64,000 nt of DNA from a virus, in the IMG/VR virus record IMGVR_UViG_3300033146_001382, positions 96,001 to 160,000 of that record, one strand, 5' to 3'. Positions 61,286-64,000 of this stretch are shown here, one piece after another. The translations under genes and the position numbers were made by a program. Within the stretch, counting starts at the first letter, position 1. Every line of letters begins with the position of its first letter. The notes under the pieces are model-generated. The model was not told where the DNA came from and did no database searches. It saw only the letters and a list, made by a program, of their open reading frames with translations.

Positions 61286-62103
61286 GTGCACACTTAATAA
61301 CACATCAATGTGTCACTCTAGATTTTTGTGTGGAATCTACTATTAGAAGTATGCTTGATTTCTGTGATGATATTTATATTAATGATGGAAAATCTACTGA
61401 TGGTACCTTGGATATTTTGTATTCATTACAAAATGAATATGGTAGAGATAGAATAAAATTGTTTGAACGAGAATGGCAACATAATAGACGTATGTGGGCG
61501 GACGAGAAGAATTTTATATTAGATAAGATACCACAAGATTCTTATGTCTTATGCATAGATGCTGACGAAGCTTTACATGAAAAAGATATACATAAGTTAA
61601 AAGAGCTGACTTCAAAGGGGTTTAAATCTATTTCTTTTAATGTAATACATTTTTATGGTAGACCTACTAATTTTATAGAAGGGCCAAATTGGTATAAAAG
61701 TCATACACGCTTATGGAAACGGTCTACAGGTATTAAGTTAATATGTAGGCCAGGTGGTTGTGCAGATGATGTAGTATGGCCCAACGGACAACCAGCTCAT
61801 ATAATTAATCATCAACCTAGTGGGATATCTATTTATCATTATGGTAATTGTAGAGATCCTAAAGCCCTTGGGATGAAAGCAAAAAAAGCTGATGATTTAT
61901 ATCAAAATAGTGATGAGTACAAAGGCGGGTTATTAGCTAAGCCCAGAGCATTTACATATGCTTTTGATTCTATTAAAACTCAAGTATTTAAAGGGACTCA
62001 TCCTAAGTATGTAAAAGAATGGTGTAAAATACATAATAATCAGCCAACAGAGTACTTAGTAGAGGGTGAACAGCAAAATAAATTATGGTGTTTTGAGGAG
62101 TAA
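61270..62103 (+). CDS. GT2 (GT-A) glycosyltransferase
   Basis: INDG.STDGT..IL, LCIDADE (intact DxD), IYHYG. Confidence 0.85.
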   Translation: MAESISAHLITHQCVTLDFCVESTIRSMLDFCDDIYINDGKSTDGTLDILYSLQNEYGRDRIKLFEREWQHNRRMWADEKNFILDKIPQDSYVLCIDADEALHEKDIHKLKELTSKGFKSISFNVIHFYGRPTNFIEGPNWYKSHTRLWKRSTGIKLICRPGGCADDVVWPNGQPAHIINHQPSGISIYHYGNCRDPKALGMKAKKADDLYQNSDEYKGGLLAKPRAFTYAFDSIKTQVFKGTHPKYVKEWCKIHNNQPTEYLVEGEQQNKLWCFEE

Positions 62104-62105
62104 TT

Positions 62106-62726
62106 ATGACTATTATAATACATCCTACAGCGGTAGTTGAGACTACTAATATAGGAGAAGGGACTTATATAGGACCATTTACATATATTACCAAAAGAGT
62201 TAAGATAGGTAAAAATTGTATAATAAATAATGCTTCTATAGGGTTGCCTGGAGAACATCCTGAAATTGTGGAAGACCATGGACATTTTATAGAAATTGCA
62301 GACAACGTGACTATTAGAGAGTATGTTACTATTAACACACCATTATTCAGTAAAAGAACTTTTATAGGGGCTGGTAGTTACTTAATGGCTAAGTCTCATG
62401 TAGGACATGATGCTTCATTAGGAAAACATGTAGTATTACATACTGGTGCAGTAATAGGGGGGCATTCTACTATAGGTGACTATTGCTATTTAGGACTTAA
62501 TTGCTCTACCCATCCATTTGCTAGATTAGATAGTTATTGTATAGTTGGGGCAAATGGTATTTATAAAGGTAAATCTCCATCAGCATTAGTTTGGGTGGGA
62601 GTTCCAGCTGTTCCAATTAAAATTAATATGGTAGGGCTCGATAGGCATTGCAAAGAGGGATTAAAACAGACTTTAATTGCTAATGCAGAAGTATTTTTAA
62701 ATAGAGGGGGAACGAAAAATAAATGA
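62106..62726 (+). CDS. LpxA-like hexapeptide-repeat acyl/acetyltransferase
   Basis: IHPTAVV, left-handed beta-helix hexapeptides, I.DNVTIREYVTI...T.IG...YLMA.SHVGHD matches the LpxA core. Confidence 0.8.
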   Translation: MTIIIHPTAVVETTNIGEGTYIGPFTYITKRVKIGKNCIINNASIGLPGEHPEIVEDHGHFIEIADNVTIREYVTINTPLFSKRTFIGAGSYLMAKSHVGHDASLGKHVVLHTGAVIGGHSTIGDYCYLGLNCSTHPFARLDSYCIVGANGIYKGKSPSALVWVGVPAVPIKINMVGLDRHCKEGLKQTLIANAEVFLNRGGTKNK

Positions 62727-63667
62727 GGTTAATTTGTGCAACACCTATGTATAATGAATTAAATCATGTCCACGAATTCATTAATAATGTAGTTAGTCTT
62801 GACATATATGATGAAGTGGTTATATTGGATGATGGGAGTACTGATGGTACATATGAAATACTATTAGATTATACTAAAAAATATAATAATTTACATGTTT
62901 TTAGAAATGATACTAATAGTATTTTATCGCATGGGTATAATAGATGGACTAGATTATCTGAGTTGGTACGGGAGTTTAATCCTACTTGGGTAAATCTTAG
63001 AGCGGCTGATACTAAATATTCTTATCAATGTAGTTTATTTATGAGAGATAGATTAATAAAACTCATGAATGAAGATATCCAATTGATCAGCCTCCCATGG
63101 GTGAATATATGGAGATCTAAAACCTGGTATCGTACAGATGGTCATTGGGGTAATTGGGCAAGACACGGAGTAGTACCTATCTGGAGATTTAGTGATAAGT
63201 TTAAATGGCACCCACAGCACACCAAGACAGGTATGCATCAGGGTATGTGTATACCATCAGATTTAGGTTTTAATGGGAAGAGATCTGTAGCCGGTTTAAA
63301 TACTGATTCTAATTTGCCAATGGTTATTCTTCATGAAGGTTTGAGTACCCATGAGCAGATAGTGGATAAGTTTAGAAACTGTATGAGTTTAGCTAGAGCA
63401 GCTACTAAGATAGGAAGATCTAGAACCATGCCACCACCAGAAAATATGCCATCAGTAAACTCATGGCGTAATTTTGATGGGTACAAAGCATTTTATGAGT
63501 TTAATATTACATTAAAGCCTATCAATATGGAATGGTTATTCCCATCAGATAGATTAGAACTAGAGCCAAGTCCTATACCTAGATCATTATATGAGGTAAT
63601 AAATGAGTTTAGCCCTGTGAGGGCAGAGGAATATAAAATACTATTTAATAAGAGGTTTGTTATATGA
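62723..63667 (+). CDS. GT2 (GT-A) glycosyltransferase, divergent
   Basis: PMYNE, VILDDGSTDGTYEIL. The DxD position reads AAD. Confidence 0.75.
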   Translation: MRLICATPMYNELNHVHEFINNVVSLDIYDEVVILDDGSTDGTYEILLDYTKKYNNLHVFRNDTNSILSHGYNRWTRLSELVREFNPTWVNLRAADTKYSYQCSLFMRDRLIKLMNEDIQLISLPWVNIWRSKTWYRTDGHWGNWARHGVVPIWRFSDKFKWHPQHTKTGMHQGMCIPSDLGFNGKRSVAGLNTDSNLPMVILHEGLSTHEQIVDKFRNCMSLARAATKIGRSRTMPPPENMPSVNSWRNFDGYKAFYEFNITLKPINMEWLFPSDRLELEPSPIPRSLYEVINEFSPVRAEEYKILFNKRFVI

Positions 63668-64000
63668 AATTAAATTATAAGAAAGCACCTAGAGAATTTT
63701 TTGAATCTTACCATAATAAATATGATGACGAACGTACTTTGATTAATCCTGATTGGGAATGGTGGAGAGTAAAATATCACTATAATTTAGTAGAGAATGA
63801 CATTATGTACTGGTTGTTAGCTACTAATCAATCTATGTCGGATATGTCTATTTTGGATATTGGTGGTGGTACAGGTCATTGGTTGGATTTTTATACTAAT
63901 TATTTAGAGTCTCTTAACATTACCATGTTAGATTTTTCTGAAGTGGTAGTAAAACGATTACGAAAAAAGTATCCTAAAATTAAAATACAACATTCTAATG
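63664..64000 (+). CDS. Class I SAM-dependent methyltransferase, truncated by the window edge
   Basis: ATGA overlap with the upstream stop. Translates MKLNYKKAP...SILDIGGGTGHW...ITMLDFS (SAM motif I). Not in the ORF track. Confidence 0.8.
   Translation, partial: MKLNYKKAPREFFESYHNKYDDERTLINPDWEWWRVKYHYNLVENDIMYWLLATNQSMSDMSILDIGGGTGHWLDFYTNYLESLNITMLDFSEVVVKRLRKKYPKIKIQHSN

Larger units (their letters stand above)
1..64000 (+). other. Segment of a large (probably jumbo) bacteriophage genome: structural, replication and glycosylation modules
   Basis: Co-oriented, tightly packed genes, giant lectin/Ig-domain proteins, stand-alone dnaN/recA/dnaB/dnaG/ssb/ruvC without bacterial gene context, intein and homing endonuclease. 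No integrase, rRNA or tRNA seen. Confidence 0.9.

Noticed and set aside
3070-63238. Minus-strand and short out-of-frame ORFs in the track (e.g. 3070-, 8645-, 22949-, 45591-, 20452+, 32849+, 59735+)
   Set aside because: All lie inside longer, well-supported + strand genes and have no recognisable motifs. They are shadow ORFs.
1-64000. Alternative genetic code (TAG/TGA recoding) as in some large phages
   Set aside because: Code 11 gives near-complete coding density with multi-kb ORFs, and TAG and TGA both end well-defined genes.
1-64000. tRNA/rRNA genes and intrinsic terminators
   Set aside because: No cloverleaf or T-loop signature and no GC-rich hairpin with a U-tract noticed by eye. A tRNAscan/ARNold run would be needed to be certain.

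Overview
The window looks like part of a large, AT-rich (roughly 30-33% GC by eye) lytic-type bacteriophage genome. All credible genes lie on the + strand, tightly packed with AGGAG-type RBSs and the standard genetic code. It has three modules. (1) 1-44021: a virion structural/adhesin module of mostly unassignable large proteins (up to 3409 aa) built from Ig-like, beta-propeller-like, LamG, F5/8-like, H-lectin-like and SPRY domains. (2) 44223-54553: a bacterial-type replication/recombination module behind a sigma70-like promoter (DnaN-like clamp, RecA with a LAGLIDADG intein, DnaB, DnaG, SSB, RuvC, Cas4/AddB-like nuclease). (3) 54559-64000: a glycosylation module (2 GT4, 3 GT2, 2 SAM methyltransferases, a Gfo/Idh/MocA oxidoreductase, an LpxA-like acyltransferase) interrupted by a ThyX-like gene and a Hef-like homing endonuclease. 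The leading new hypothesis is that a T-x-S-G motif, strongly enriched in the structural proteins, is a sequon for phage-encoded virion O-glycosylation. All family calls come from motif recognition by eye, with no database search, and all counts are hand counts.
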